Assembly: GCF_000018465.1 (NCBI RefSeq)
Contig: NC_010085.1
Location: 270,001 to 302,000, forward strand
Origin: Nitrosopumilus maritimus SCM1
GTDB taxonomy: Archaea; Thermoproteota; Nitrososphaeria; Nitrososphaerales; Nitrosopumilaceae
Direction: 5' to 3'
Length of the DNA stretch: 32,000 nt
The notes beneath the pieces are model-generated. The model was given only the letters and a program-made list of their open reading frames with translations, did no database searches and was not told the DNA's origin. The position numbers and the translations under genes were made by a program. How positions within the stretch are numbered: the stretch's first letter is position 1; every line of letters starts with the position of its first letter. Positions 9,341 to 17,947 of the stretch are shown piece by piece.

Positions 9341-9964
9341 TTATTCGATTTCCTCTTCGGTAATCTTTGTTTCAAAATCATCAATTTCAATATTCATTGG
9401 GTCTTCTTCTTTTAGTTCTCCTTTTTCAATGAGAATTTGACGTACCAATAACCAGTAAACTGTAGCTAGCGCTTTTCTTCCTCTGTTGTTTGCTGGTATG
9501 ATTACATCTAGATTTGATGTAATATTATCTGTATTTGCAATTCCGATTACTGGAATGCCTGCATTAGTTGCTTCAGTAATTGCTTGTTCGTCAACTTGAG
9601 GATCGGAAATTAAAACCAATTTTGGTTCAATGTAATATGGTAATGATGGGTTTGTTAGAGTTCCTGGCATAAATCTTCCAAGTAATTTCTTTGAACCTAA
9701 TGTTTCACAGAATTTTTCAATTGGTGTTTCTGCATATTGTCTGCCTGAGCATACAATAAGATTCTCTACACCTAATCTGTTGATGAATTTAGCAGCAGTC
9801 TTAATTTTGTCCAGTGTGATATCCAAATCAAGCATGTAAAGTCCTTCTGGGCTAGCCTTGGTGATGAATGGTCTCATGAATTTTGTTTTAACTTGTGTAC
9901 CCACTCTGATTCCTGTAGATAGGATCTTCTTTTTGATGTCTGTTGTTTCTGCTTGTTGGCTCAT
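9341..9964 (-). CDS. rps2: 30S ribosomal protein uS2
   Basis: 207 aa. Archaeal uS2 core (LLSTGIRVGTQ.., RFMPGTLTNP, LVLISDPQVDEQAI.EA...GIPVIGI.NTD). Confidence 0.9.
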   Translation of the reverse strand: MSQQAETTDIKKKILSTGIRVGTQVKTKFMRPFITKASPEGLYMLDLDITLDKIKTAAKFINRLGVENLIVCSGRQYAETPIEKFCETLGSKKLLGRFMPGTLTNPSLPYYIEPKLVLISDPQVDEQAITEATNAGIPVIGIANTDNITSNLDVIIPANNRGRKALATVYWLLVRQILIEKGELKEEDPMNIEIDDFETKITEEEIE

Positions 9965-9971
9965 AGCGATT

Positions 9972-11210
9972 TTAAACCTCTGCCATACCGCGTATTAAAT
10001 CATGCTCTGATAGGCGTAATAATTCATTTAATTTTGCCACTCTTTCTCCTCCAACAACGCCAACTTTGAGCATTTTTGACTTTGTTGCAAGACCAATATG
10101 GGAAATTTGTGAATCCGTAGATTCACCTGATCTGTGTGATGTGATTAATCTAATGTTATTTTCATTTGCCAAGTTTGCAAATTCTAGTGCATCATAAAGA
10201 CTTCCTGCTTGATTAACTTTCAAAATTGCTGCATTACATGATTTCTTGTCTATGGCTTTTGAAAGAATACCTTTGTTTGTTACTGTCAAATCATCTCCTG
10301 TGATTAGCGTATTTGGAAATTTAGCTGTTAATTCTGACATGTCTTCAAATGCTTCTTCGTGAACTGCATCCTCTGCATAAATTAATTTGAATTTTTCAAT
10401 AATGTCTGCTGCAAAATCAATTTGTTCTGATGTTGTGTTTTCAAAACCTGCTCTGTCATAAACATACTTTGATTTTTCTTCATTCCATTGTGTTGATGAT
10501 GCAAAATCTACTCCTAAAGATACTTCTTTTCCTAAAGTAAATCCTAAATTCTCACAAGCCATTGCAGAAACTTCTAATGCTTTTTGATTTTCTAACTTTG
10601 GTGCCCATCCCCCTTCATCTCCTCTTCCATTTGTAAAATTAGGATCTTCTTTTTCTAAAACACTACGCAATTCTTTATGTACTGCCAAATTAGTTTCAAT
10701 TGATTCCTCAATAGTTTTTGCTCCGGTTGCACAAATCAATATTTCTTGAATGTCTGGTGTACCTGGCCCTGCATGAGCTCCTCCACCTAGGATGTTTCCT
10801 AAAGGAAATGGAAATTTGAATGATGATTCATTTGATAGTGTTTTGAATAGTGGTTGGTCTAGTGCTTTTGATGCTGATTCCATGGATGCAATTGTTACTG
10901 CAAAAGCAAGTGCTCCACCAATTTCTGAATAATTTGATGAATTATCAAAACTTTTCAGTGTATCATGAATTCCTTTTAGATCAGATGACTCTAACCCAAT
11001 AAATTTTTGAGAATTTTCTTTCAAAACTTGAAGACTGTCTTCAGGCCTTCCATTGCGGAAACTAACTGCTTCATATTTGCCAACGCTTGCACCTGATGGG
11101 GCACAAACTCTTCCTACAAATTTTCCCTCAGATTCAACATCTACTTCTATTGTTTTGCTGCCTCTACTATTGTATAGAATACGTCCTTCAATCGAAGTGA
11201 TCTTGGCCAA
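9972..11210 (-). CDS. eno: enolase (phosphopyruvate hydratase)
   Basis: 412 aa. IEGRILYNSRGSKTIEVDV, SAPSGASVGKYEA-like stretch, GDDLTVTN, LKVNQAGSL and SHRSGES motifs. TTG start at 11210, one nt after the rpoN stop. Confidence 0.9.
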   Translation of the reverse strand: MAKITSIEGRILYNSRGSKTIEVDVESEGKFVGRVCAPSGASVGKYEAVSFRNGRPEDSLQVLKENSQKFIGLESSDLKGIHDTLKSFDNSSNYSEIGGALAFAVTIASMESASKALDQPLFKTLSNESSFKFPFPLGNILGGGAHAGPGTPDIQEILICATGAKTIEESIETNLAVHKELRSVLEKEDPNFTNGRGDEGGWAPKLENQKALEVSAMACENLGFTLGKEVSLGVDFASSTQWNEEKSKYVYDRAGFENTTSEQIDFAADIIEKFKLIYAEDAVHEEAFEDMSELTAKFPNTLITGDDLTVTNKGILSKAIDKKSCNAAILKVNQAGSLYDALEFANLANENNIRLITSHRSGESTDSQISHIGLATKSKMLKVGVVGGERVAKLNELLRLSEHDLIRGMAEV

Positions 11211-11211
11211 G

Positions 11212-11448
11212 TTATTCTAACTCAGATTGAACTTCTTGTTTTCTTCTCTGAATTGCTTCATAGAATGGAATTACTTGTTGAATTGTTTCAACCGTAGTTA
11301 GTAACATCCTTCTACAACAATATCTCTCGATTCCAAGGGATTCTAGAGTTTTCTCTGGATCTTCTCCAGCTTTGATTTTATTTTGATAATCGTCATATTT
11401 GTCTGCAATTAGGTTTCCACATGTAAAACATCTAACAGGAATTAACAT
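11212..11448 (-). CDS. rpoN: DNA-directed RNA polymerase subunit N (Rpo10)
   Basis: MLIPVRCFTCGN...YCCRRML zinc-binding pattern of RpoN/Rpb10. I start at the internal ATG 11448 (78 aa). The track's 11484 start adds 12 hydrophobic residues and would run across the TATA box at 11471-11478. Confidence 0.85.
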   Translation of the reverse strand: MLIPVRCFTCGNLIADKYDDYQNKIKAGEDPEKTLESLGIERYCCRRMLLTTVETIQQVIPFYEAIQRRKQEVQSELE

Positions 11449-11470
11449 ACGAACGAAAAAGTAATCAAGG

Positions 11471-11478
11471 ATTATAAA
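11471..11478 (-). promoter_or_regulatory. TATA-like box (TTTATAAT) for the rpoN-eno-rps2... unit
   Basis: The minus strand reads TTTATAAT, centred about 26.5 nt upstream of the ATG at 11448. This is archaeal TATA-to-TSS spacing and implies a leaderless transcript. Confidence 0.5.
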
Positions 11479-11500
11479 AACCATACATGGAAATTTCTTT

Positions 11501-11585
11501 GCGGGCGTCGCCCAGCCTGGCCAAAGGCGCTAGCTTGAGGGGCTAGTCTCTCAGGAGTTCGTGGGTTCAAATCCCATCGCCCGCA
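11501..11585 (+). tRNA. tRNA-Leu (anticodon GAG)
   Basis: Hand-folded, 85 nt. Perfect 7-bp acceptor GCGGGCG/CGCCCGC. Anticodon stem CTAGC/GCTAG with loop TTGAGGG (GAG at 34-36). Long variable arm (class II). T arm GTGGG/TTCAAAT/CCCAT. Discriminator A. No CCA encoded. Confidence 0.9.
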
Positions 11586-11600
11586 TACAAACTTTGAAAA

Positions 11601-12215
11601 TCATTTTTCAAATTTTTTGAGTGTTTTAATTAATTCAGTCCTTCTTTTTTCTTCAGTAATTGCAGATCTCACATCATCTACTAAAATTCTATTTACATCG
11701 ATTTTTCTTCTTGCTTCTTTTACCACTTTATCATACATCGAGAAAGTGTAAAGTTGCAGATACAAGTTTTCCATTACTTCAAAAACTCTTGTGGCTTCTT
11801 CAATTTCTCCAATTCTGATTTTATCAAAAACCATTCTTTTTAATTCTCCAATACAATCTAGTAATCCCAAAACATATGATTCTGGCATCACTCCTAATTT
11901 TTTATCTGATGGGATTTCTTTTTTTTCTACAATTGCAATTAGGCATGCAGCTTCAACAAATTCTTGTTCGGGAGTAATGATATATCTTCTTAAATCTCCT
12001 GTAGCTTTTTTCTTGTATTTTTTTAATAGTGATTCTGCTTTTTTTAGATTGTTCTTTCCTGTCTTTGTATCATTTTTATGAATTGCAATTATTGATCTAC
12101 TACAAAGAACGATTATCTCTCTAGTGTTTTTCAGTAAAAATTCTCTTGAATCTTGAACGTTTCCTAAAGTCTTTGAAATTTTATTCAATGATGGTTTTAC
12201 ATTTTTTAATGTCAT
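11601..12215 (-). CDS. translin-family protein (predicted nucleic-acid binding)
   Basis: 204 aa, all-helical. YVLGLLDCIGELKRM matches the Y.LGL.D..GEL.R signature I associate with archaeal translin/TRAX homologues (COG2178). By-eye call. Confidence 0.6.
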   Translation of the reverse strand: MTLKNVKPSLNKISKTLGNVQDSREFLLKNTREIIVLCSRSIIAIHKNDTKTGKNNLKKAESLLKKYKKKATGDLRRYIITPEQEFVEAACLIAIVEKKEIPSDKKLGVMPESYVLGLLDCIGELKRMVFDKIRIGEIEEATRVFEVMENLYLQLYTFSMYDKVVKEARRKIDVNRILVDDVRSAITEEKRRTELIKTLKKFEK

Positions 12216-12288
12216 ATCTGGTGTTCATAATACCTTGGATAAAGCCGTTTTCTAAACTCTTATTTTGGATATGATTCTTACGTAAATT

Positions 12289-12936
12289 ATGGAAATAACA
12301 GTTGATCAAATGTACAATATTGAAAATAAAGGTCATGATATGGGATTTTTAAAAAAATTCATGATGGAAAATGCTGGTGCTGCCGCAGTAAAAAGATTAG
12401 TTGAAAAACTTGGAAATGTAGATTCAAAAAATATTTTGATTTTTGTTGGTATGGGAAACAATGGTGGTGATGGATTAGTCATGGCAAGACACCTTGCTGG
12501 ATACAATGCAAAAGTTACAGTTATGCTTCTTGGAAATCCTGAAAATATCAAAACTGAAGAAAGTAATTGGAATTGGTCAATTCTAGAGAAAATGCCTTCT
12601 GTAAAACTAATGACTGGAGGAACTACTAATTTTGATTTTAAACCCGATGTGATTGTTGATGGAATTCTGGGAACTGGCATATCTGGAGAAATCCGAGAAC
12701 CATACGCATCTGCAATTAATTACATCAATCAGACTGATTGTTACAAATTTGCTGTGGATGTCCCATCTGGATTGGATCCTCAAACAGGTGAAACTGCAAA
12801 TATCTTTACAAAGTGTGACATGACTGTGACATTTCACAAAATGAAACAAGGAATTCCAAAAAGAAAGGACTTGACTGGTGAATTATTTGCAGAAAAAATT
12901 GGAATTCCTCCAGAAGCAGAAGAGGGAATTCTATGA
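12289..12936 (+). CDS. nnrE: NAD(P)H-hydrate epimerase (stand-alone YjeF N-terminal domain)
   Basis: 215 aa. FVGMGNNGGDGLVMARHL and DGILGTGISG motifs of the YjeF_N epimerase. No C-terminal dehydratase domain. ATGA overlap with the next gene. Confidence 0.8.
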   Translation: MEITVDQMYNIENKGHDMGFLKKFMMENAGAAAVKRLVEKLGNVDSKNILIFVGMGNNGGDGLVMARHLAGYNAKVTVMLLGNPENIKTEESNWNWSILEKMPSVKLMTGGTTNFDFKPDVIVDGILGTGISGEIREPYASAINYINQTDCYKFAVDVPSGLDPQTGETANIFTKCDMTVTFHKMKQGIPKRKDLTGELFAEKIGIPPEAEEGIL

Positions 12937-13541
12937 TAGTTCATCAAATCCAAGTTGGAAACATGCAAAATTTTTCTTACATTGTTGTAGATGAAGACAC
13001 AAGCGAATCTATCATAATTGATCCATCTTGGGATCTCATTGAGTTAGAGATGGTAATCAAAGAAAATGACTTGAAAATAAAATACATTGTTAATACTCAT
13101 CATCACTTTGATCACACCATTGGAAACGAAGCAATGGCAGAATCTACCAAAGCACCAATTATTCAACATGAAAATTCTGAATTAAAACATGATATCACAG
13201 TCAAAGATGGTGATGTCATAGAATTTGGAAATTCAAAATTAAAAGTACTTCACACTCCAGGCCATTCCAAGGATAGTATTTGTTTGATAGGTGATGGAAA
13301 AATTTTCTCAGGTGATACTTTGTTTGTTGGAAACTGTGGCCGTATTGATTTACCTGGTGGCAGCGCAAAAGAACTCTATCACAGCCTATTTGATATCCTT
13401 TATTCATTAGATGATAATTTGGTCCTATATTCTGGGCACAATTATGGTCACAAAGAGATTTCTACACTTGGACAAGAAAAGATAACAAATATGGTAATGC
13501 AAAAGAGAACTGAACAACAATTTCTTGATATGATGGGTTAG
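12933..13541 (+). CDS. MBL-fold metallo-hydrolase (glyoxalase II-like)
   Basis: 202 aa. NTHHHFDHTIGN (HxHxDH), HTPGHS and GDTLFVGNCGR motifs. Confidence 0.85.
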   Translation: MIVHQIQVGNMQNFSYIVVDEDTSESIIIDPSWDLIELEMVIKENDLKIKYIVNTHHHFDHTIGNEAMAESTKAPIIQHENSELKHDITVKDGDVIEFGNSKLKVLHTPGHSKDSICLIGDGKIFSGDTLFVGNCGRIDLPGGSAKELYHSLFDILYSLDDNLVLYSGHNYGHKEISTLGQEKITNMVMQKRTEQQFLDMMG

Positions 13542-13545
13542 TGAT

Positions 13546-14607
13546 TTGTTGAAAGATTTTGAATTATATGGAAATGTTGATCTGGCTCAAAATTTCATTG
13601 ATTCTGTAAAATCTGGTAGATTTCTTTTTTCATTTGTTATTTCATATACTGAAACTTCTGAAATTCCTGGAATAACTTTTGCAGGTGCTGATAAGGATTC
13701 AATTCAATATACTCCTCCAGCTGATGCAGAATATCTCCATTATGGGTATTGTAAAACTATTGATAAAATTCCAATGACTCCTGACGGAAAACCCACTCCT
13801 GGATTATTAACTAAAACTGCTTTAGAATCTGCAAGTATTTCTCATTTGACAATTAATGCTGGTAGTAAAATCGTTCCTCAATTACCTTTTATTGAATCCG
13901 GATTGCCTTTTGGAAAAAATATTTTAGTTCAAGATGCAATGAATGATACAATTGTATCTCATGCAGTTGAATATGGTCAAATTCTTGGAAGAATCTTAGC
14001 ATCATTAACTGATTGTTTATTGATTGGCGAATGTATCCCTGGTGGAACAACTACTGCTTTAGCATTGTTAAAAGCATTAGATTATGACGCAAAGGTTAGT
14101 TCGAGCATTCCTGAAAATCCTATTGAATTAAAAAATCAAATTGTAACATCTGCACTTGAAAGAATTGATTCAGAACATCCCTACAGTATTGTTGCAAAAA
14201 TTGGTGATCCGATGATTCCTTTTGTTGCTGGAATGTTAAGTTCTGCTTCTAGTGTGTCTAAAGTAATGTTGGCAGGTGGTACACAAATGGCTGCAGTTTT
14301 GGCATTTGCATCAAAAATTGGATTTAATGAAGAAAACACTGCAATTGGAACTACATCTTACATTACAAATGATGAAACTGCAAACTTCAAAGAACTTATT
14401 CATGAAATCTCAGATATCCCTATTCTTTCTGTAGATCCAGGCATGAAAAATTCCAAATTTTCTGGTTTAAGGGCATTTTCTGAAGGATTTGCGAAAGAAG
14501 GAGTTGGAGCAGGTGGCAGTATTATTTCTTCAATGCTGAAAACTGGTAATAACTCTGAAACTTTGTTGAATTTAGCTGAAAAAGAATACCAACGACTATT
14601 TACTTGA
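13546..14607 (+). CDS. cobT: archaeal-type CobT / UPF0284 family (nicotinate-nucleotide--dimethylbenzimidazole phosphoribosyltransferase-like)
   Basis: 353 aa. The pattern FLFSFVISYTETSEIPGITFAGA...TP.ADAE...GECIPGGTTTA...GDPM resembles the TIGR00303/UPF0284 archaeal CobT family as I remember it. TTG start at 13546, 4 nt after the previous stop, and no in-frame ATG nearby. Confidence 0.7.
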   Translation: MLKDFELYGNVDLAQNFIDSVKSGRFLFSFVISYTETSEIPGITFAGADKDSIQYTPPADAEYLHYGYCKTIDKIPMTPDGKPTPGLLTKTALESASISHLTINAGSKIVPQLPFIESGLPFGKNILVQDAMNDTIVSHAVEYGQILGRILASLTDCLLIGECIPGGTTTALALLKALDYDAKVSSSIPENPIELKNQIVTSALERIDSEHPYSIVAKIGDPMIPFVAGMLSSASSVSKVMLAGGTQMAAVLAFASKIGFNEENTAIGTTSYITNDETANFKELIHEISDIPILSVDPGMKNSKFSGLRAFSEGFAKEGVGAGGSIISSMLKTGNNSETLLNLAEKEYQRLFT

Positions 14608-16360
14608 CTGTAACTGATTTTGCAAGATTTCTTGGATAATCAGGATCTGTGTCTTTTTCAAGTGCTGCATAATATGACAACAACTGAATTGGAATTATCT
14701 CTGAAATTGGATATAACACTTCATTAATTTTTGGCATTTCAATCCAATAATCATAAACATCACTTTTCACATCTGACACACCAATAATTTTTGCACCACG
14801 AGCTTTAATTTCTCTTGCACTGGTAAGAGTATCTGAATATGTTGAATCATTTGGATTTAGTATGATCACAAATACATTGGAATCCATTAAGGCAAGAGGT
14901 CCATGTTTTAGTTCGCCACCTGCAATTCCTTCTGCATGAATATATGTCAGTTCTTTGAGTTTTAGTGCAGATTCTGTTGCAATTGGATAATTGATTCCTC
15001 GACCTAGAATGTAAATGTCTGAAATTTCTTTCAATTCTTTTGCAATTTTTTGAATGTTGGTTGGGTTGTCCAATGTTTTTGAAATTGACTTTGAGAAATC
15101 TTCAAAATTAATTGTAATGTCATTATTGCTTAATTTTTGCACAATTTTGTACAAGATTACAAGTTGTGATGTGAAACTTTTAGTTGCAGCAACCCCAATC
15201 TCTGGACCACAATTCAAACCAATCACAACATCTGCTTCTCGTGCAAGCGAAGATGTCACTAGATTAACAATTGCAATAATCTTACAATTTGCATTTTTTG
15301 CAATTTTTACTGCTTCTAAAACGTCTGCACTCTCTCCACTCTGAGATATTGCAATTAGGATGGAATTTTCTTCAATAATGTTTGGATCAAACTGAAGCTC
15401 ACTAGACATGATTGACTCAGTCTTGATTTTGACATATTTTGACAAAATCTGCTTTGCAATTAGTGCTGAATTGTAGCTTGTTCCACTACCAGTAATGTAG
15501 ATATTTTTTGCCTGTCTGATATAGTCTGTTGCTGCTTCTATCTCACTAGATGTCTTTTCTCCTGCCTTCAAAATTGTCTCAGGCTGTTCGTAAATTTCTT
15601 TTAGTGTAAAATGTGCATAATCTCCCTTGTATGCATCTCCAAATTCTTTTGAAACTTTGGTAATTTCATACCCTGTTTGTTCTCCATTAAAATCTGAAAT
15701 TTGGAATTTGTTTTTATCAAATATTACAAAAGTTCCATTCTCCATATAGATTGCATTATCCGTAAATTCAATAAATCCTAGTACATCACTTGACAAAAAG
15801 TAATCATCTTTTCCTACTCCAATAATTAATGGTTCATGAAATCTTGCAGCTGCTAATTGCCCATCTTCAAACATTGCAACAAATGAATAATGTCCTTTTA
15901 GTTGAGAAACTGTTTTTAGAATTGTTTCTTTGACATTCTTTGTTTGGTCGTGATGTTTTTGGAGTAAATTTGAAATTATTTCACTATCTGTCTCACTTTT
16001 GAAAACATATCCATCACTTTCTAATTCTTTTTTTAACTCTTCAAAATTTTCTATAATTCCATTATGAACAATTGCAATTTTTCCTGAATTGCTAGGATGT
16101 GGATGAGCATTTACATCTGTTACCTTTCCATGTGTTGCCCATCTGGTATGACCAATTCCAACTCTTCCAGGTAATGTTTCTAATTGTACTTTTGAATTGA
16201 CTTCTTGTACTTTTCCAGTCCCTTTTTTCAATCCAATTTGGTTTTCTGATTCTGTTGCAACTCCTACACTATCATATCCTCTATACTCCATTCTCTTTAG
16301 ACCCTTTACGATTATGGGTGCTGCAGTTTCTTTTCCATAATAGCCGATAATTGAACACAT
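14600..16360 (-). CDS. glmS: glutamine--fructose-6-phosphate aminotransferase (isomerising)
   Basis: 586 aa. N-terminal nucleophile MCSIIGY, GHTRWATHG, two SIS domains (GSGTSYNSA, SQSGESADV) and a C-terminal ..NLAKSVTVK. Confidence 0.92.
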   Translation of the reverse strand: MCSIIGYYGKETAAPIIVKGLKRMEYRGYDSVGVATESENQIGLKKGTGKVQEVNSKVQLETLPGRVGIGHTRWATHGKVTDVNAHPHPSNSGKIAIVHNGIIENFEELKKELESDGYVFKSETDSEIISNLLQKHHDQTKNVKETILKTVSQLKGHYSFVAMFEDGQLAAARFHEPLIIGVGKDDYFLSSDVLGFIEFTDNAIYMENGTFVIFDKNKFQISDFNGEQTGYEITKVSKEFGDAYKGDYAHFTLKEIYEQPETILKAGEKTSSEIEAATDYIRQAKNIYITGSGTSYNSALIAKQILSKYVKIKTESIMSSELQFDPNIIEENSILIAISQSGESADVLEAVKIAKNANCKIIAIVNLVTSSLAREADVVIGLNCGPEIGVAATKSFTSQLVILYKIVQKLSNNDITINFEDFSKSISKTLDNPTNIQKIAKELKEISDIYILGRGINYPIATESALKLKELTYIHAEGIAGGELKHGPLALMDSNVFVIILNPNDSTYSDTLTSAREIKARGAKIIGVSDVKSDVYDYWIEMPKINEVLYPISEIIPIQLLSYYAALEKDTDPDYPRNLAKSVTVK

Positions 16361-16383
16361 GTCTATTCTACCTGTAATTGGGG

Positions 16384-16391
16384 GTTATTTA
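16384..16391 (-). promoter_or_regulatory. TATA-like box (TAAATAAC) for glmS
   Basis: Centred about 27.5 nt upstream of the glmS ATG at 16360. Confidence 0.4.
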
Positions 16392-16451
16392 CTGCTTAAG
16401 TAATTATTATTTTATCGCGGTGTGGTTATTTCACTGAAAAATCTAATTATT

Positions 16452-17057
16452 CTATGATTCTGTTGAAGGACTTTCTTCTTTTTTCTCTTCAGCAGGAGCC
16501 TCTACTGTCTCTTCAGCAGGAGCCTCTACTGTCTCTTCAGCAGGAGCCTCACTCTTTGTCTTTTCTAAAACTTGTGGAATCTTTGATTCTGGTGCAAAGT
16601 GAATACTGTTTTCTTCTTCTACTGTAACTGTGTATGAAGGAATGTCTACTTTTCTCTCACCAATCATAATGTGACCGTGAATAACTGCTTGTCTTGCTTG
16701 GTATGGTGTCTTGAATCCTAATTTCTTTGTAACAATAGTTTGTAATCTTCTTGAAAGCAAATCATTTGCAGTCAAGTTAAGTACATCATCTAGTGTTGCA
16801 TCTGAACTAACCAGTCCTATTCTAGCTAATGATTTCATTAGAATTGGTTCTTTTTCTGCTCTAACTTCTTGTCTTAATGCAAGTAATGATCTTGCTTGAT
16901 GTCTGACTCTGGATAGTTCTGTATGTGCTTTCCATAATTCTCTTTTAGTTCTTAATCCAAAAGTTCCTAGAGTTTTCAACTCTTCCATTTTTAATTCATA
17001 ATTAAGAGGTCTCTTTGGTTTTCTCCAAACTCTACGTGGATATTTTGGATCTCCCAT
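16452..17057 (-). CDS. rps4: 30S ribosomal protein uS4 with acidic Ala/Pro/Glu C-terminal extension
   Basis: 201 aa. MGDPKYPRRVWRKPKRP.. N-terminus and an S4 RNA-binding domain (RRLQTIV.K.G...ARQ.V.HGHI). The last ~37 aa, EKTKSEAPAEETVEAPAEETVEAPAEEKKEESPSTES, are non-canonical. Confidence 0.9.
   Translation of the reverse strand: MGDPKYPRRVWRKPKRPLNYELKMEELKTLGTFGLRTKRELWKAHTELSRVRHQARSLLALRQEVRAEKEPILMKSLARIGLVSSDATLDDVLNLTANDLLSRRLQTIVTKKLGFKTPYQARQAVIHGHIMIGERKVDIPSYTVTVEEENSIHFAPESKIPQVLEKTKSEAPAEETVEAPAEETVEAPAEEKKEESPSTES
16486..16552. repeat. perfect 24-bp tandem repeat (2.8 copies) inside the rps4 tail
   Basis: The unit tcttcagcaggagcctctactgtc occurs at 16486-16509 and 16510-16533, with a partial copy at 16534-16552. 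It encodes APAEETVE repeats on the minus strand. Confidence 0.9.
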
Positions 17058-17066
17058 TCAAAACAC

Positions 17067-17651
17067 CTATTCTTTTTTCTCCTCTGCAGCTGGTGCTGCT
17101 TCTGCTGGTGCTGCTTCTGCAGCTGGTGCATCTGTAGTTGGAGCTGCTGCGGCTGCTGGCGCATCAGATGATGATTTCTTTGCAGGAGCTGCCATACCAC
17201 CTTTTGCAACACCGACTGCTCCACCTTTTCTACCTGATGTTCTTGTTCTTTGTCCTCTTACTTTGAGACCGCTAAGATGACGATAACCTCTCCAACTTGC
17301 AGTAACTCTTTCTCTTTCAATATCATTTCTTAATGTAAATGGAATATCTGATGTTAGCAAATGCAAATCATTGCCAGTTTCAATGTCTTTTCTTCTGTTG
17401 AGGAACCATGTTGGAAAGTTGCCTTCAGCTGGATTTGTAATTAGTTTCTCAATTGCTTGAACATTTTCATCGGTAAGGTGACCAATGTTTGAGTTTGAAT
17501 CAATGTTTAATGTGTCTAGAATTGCTGTGGCAAAATTATATCCAATCCCCTTGATCTGAGTGAGTCCAACTAGCATCTTTCTCTCTCCTGGGATATCGTT
17601 TCCCACAATCCTAACAATGTGTCTATATTCTTGAGTGCTCAAGTATTCCAA
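17067..17651 (-). CDS. rps13: 30S ribosomal protein uS13 with Ala/Pro-rich C-terminal extension
   Basis: 194 aa. [21 protein letters not shown] and [12 protein letters not shown] motifs. No in-frame ATG exists: an in-frame TGA lies at 17657-17655, and the TTG start is at 17651 or 17642. The 17642 option gives (M)[11 protein letters not shown] and better TATA spacing. The C-terminal 42 aa are A/P/E-rich. Confidence 0.88.
   Translation of the reverse strand: MEYLSTQEYRHIVRIVGNDIPGERKMLVGLTQIKGIGYNFATAILDTLNIDSNSNIGHLTDENVQAIEKLITNPAEGNFPTWFLNRRKDIETGNDLHLLTSDIPFTLRNDIERERVTASWRGYRHLSGLKVRGQRTRTSGRKGGAVGVAKGGMAAPAKKSSSDAPAAAAAPTTDAPAAEAAPAEAAPAAEEKKE
17091..17120. repeat. perfect 15-bp tandem duplication inside the rps13 tail
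   Basis: tggtgctgcttctgc occurs at 17091-17105 and again at 17106-17120, encoding the duplicated AEAAP. Confidence 0.85.
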
Positions 17652-17748
17652 AATTCAAGAAAACCCCGATAAAAACCATGCTAGGCACCATTTTAGGTTG
17701 ATTTTCAGATTTTATGCATTATATGCTTGACTACAAGTATCTGCTAGA

Positions 17749-17901
17749 TTATCTAAAGTCCTCATCTTCAGTCCAATCATTCCCTTGTACGTTCCACTGA
17801 TTGCACTGACAACATTTTTTGACCCCTCTTTGGGCATCAATATCTATGCAGTAACAATGTTCTCCTTTCCCTGATGGGTCATTTTGACAAAGTTTTTGCA
17901 T
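17749..17901 (-). CDS. candidate small Cys-rich protein (50 aa), not in the ORF track
   Basis: ATG at 17901, TAA at 17751-17749. Translation: MQKLCQNDPSGKGEHCYCIDIDAQRGVKKCCQCNQWNVQGNDWTEDEDFR (6 Cys, 1 His). A TATA-like ATAATTAA (17925-17932) is centred 27.5 nt upstream of the ATG. The ORF fills an otherwise empty 332-bp gap. Confidence 0.4.
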   Translation of the reverse strand: MQKLCQNDPSGKGEHCYCIDIDAQRGVKKCCQCNQWNVQGNDWTEDEDFR

Positions 17902-17924
17902 ACTGTGGTAATGGGGCTTTTTTC

Positions 17925-17932
17925 TTAATTAT
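17925..17932 (-). promoter_or_regulatory. TATA-like box (ATAATTAA) for the 50-aa Cys-rich ORF
   Basis: The spacing to the ATG at 17901 is 27.5 nt, identical to the radical SAM and glmS promoters in this window. Confidence 0.4.
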
Positions 17933-17947
17933 CTTATTGAATTTTGA

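Noticed and set aside
11449-11484. Upstream ATG at 11484 for rpoN (90-aa version)
   Set aside because: It adds MVFIILDYFFVR ahead of the conserved MLIPVRCFTCG N-terminus and would place the TATA-like box inside the coding region. The 78-aa form matches RpoN family length.
12333-12849. Minus-strand ORFs 12333-12680 and 12607-12849
   Set aside because: They are antisense to nnrE, whose GNNGGDG motif makes the plus-strand frame unambiguous.
16991-17224. 77-aa Gln-rich minus-strand ORF spanning the rps13/rps4 junction
   Set aside because: It is an alternative frame of the GC-rich Ala/Pro tail of rps13 and the start of rps4. It is low-complexity, and both overlapped genes have strong family motifs.
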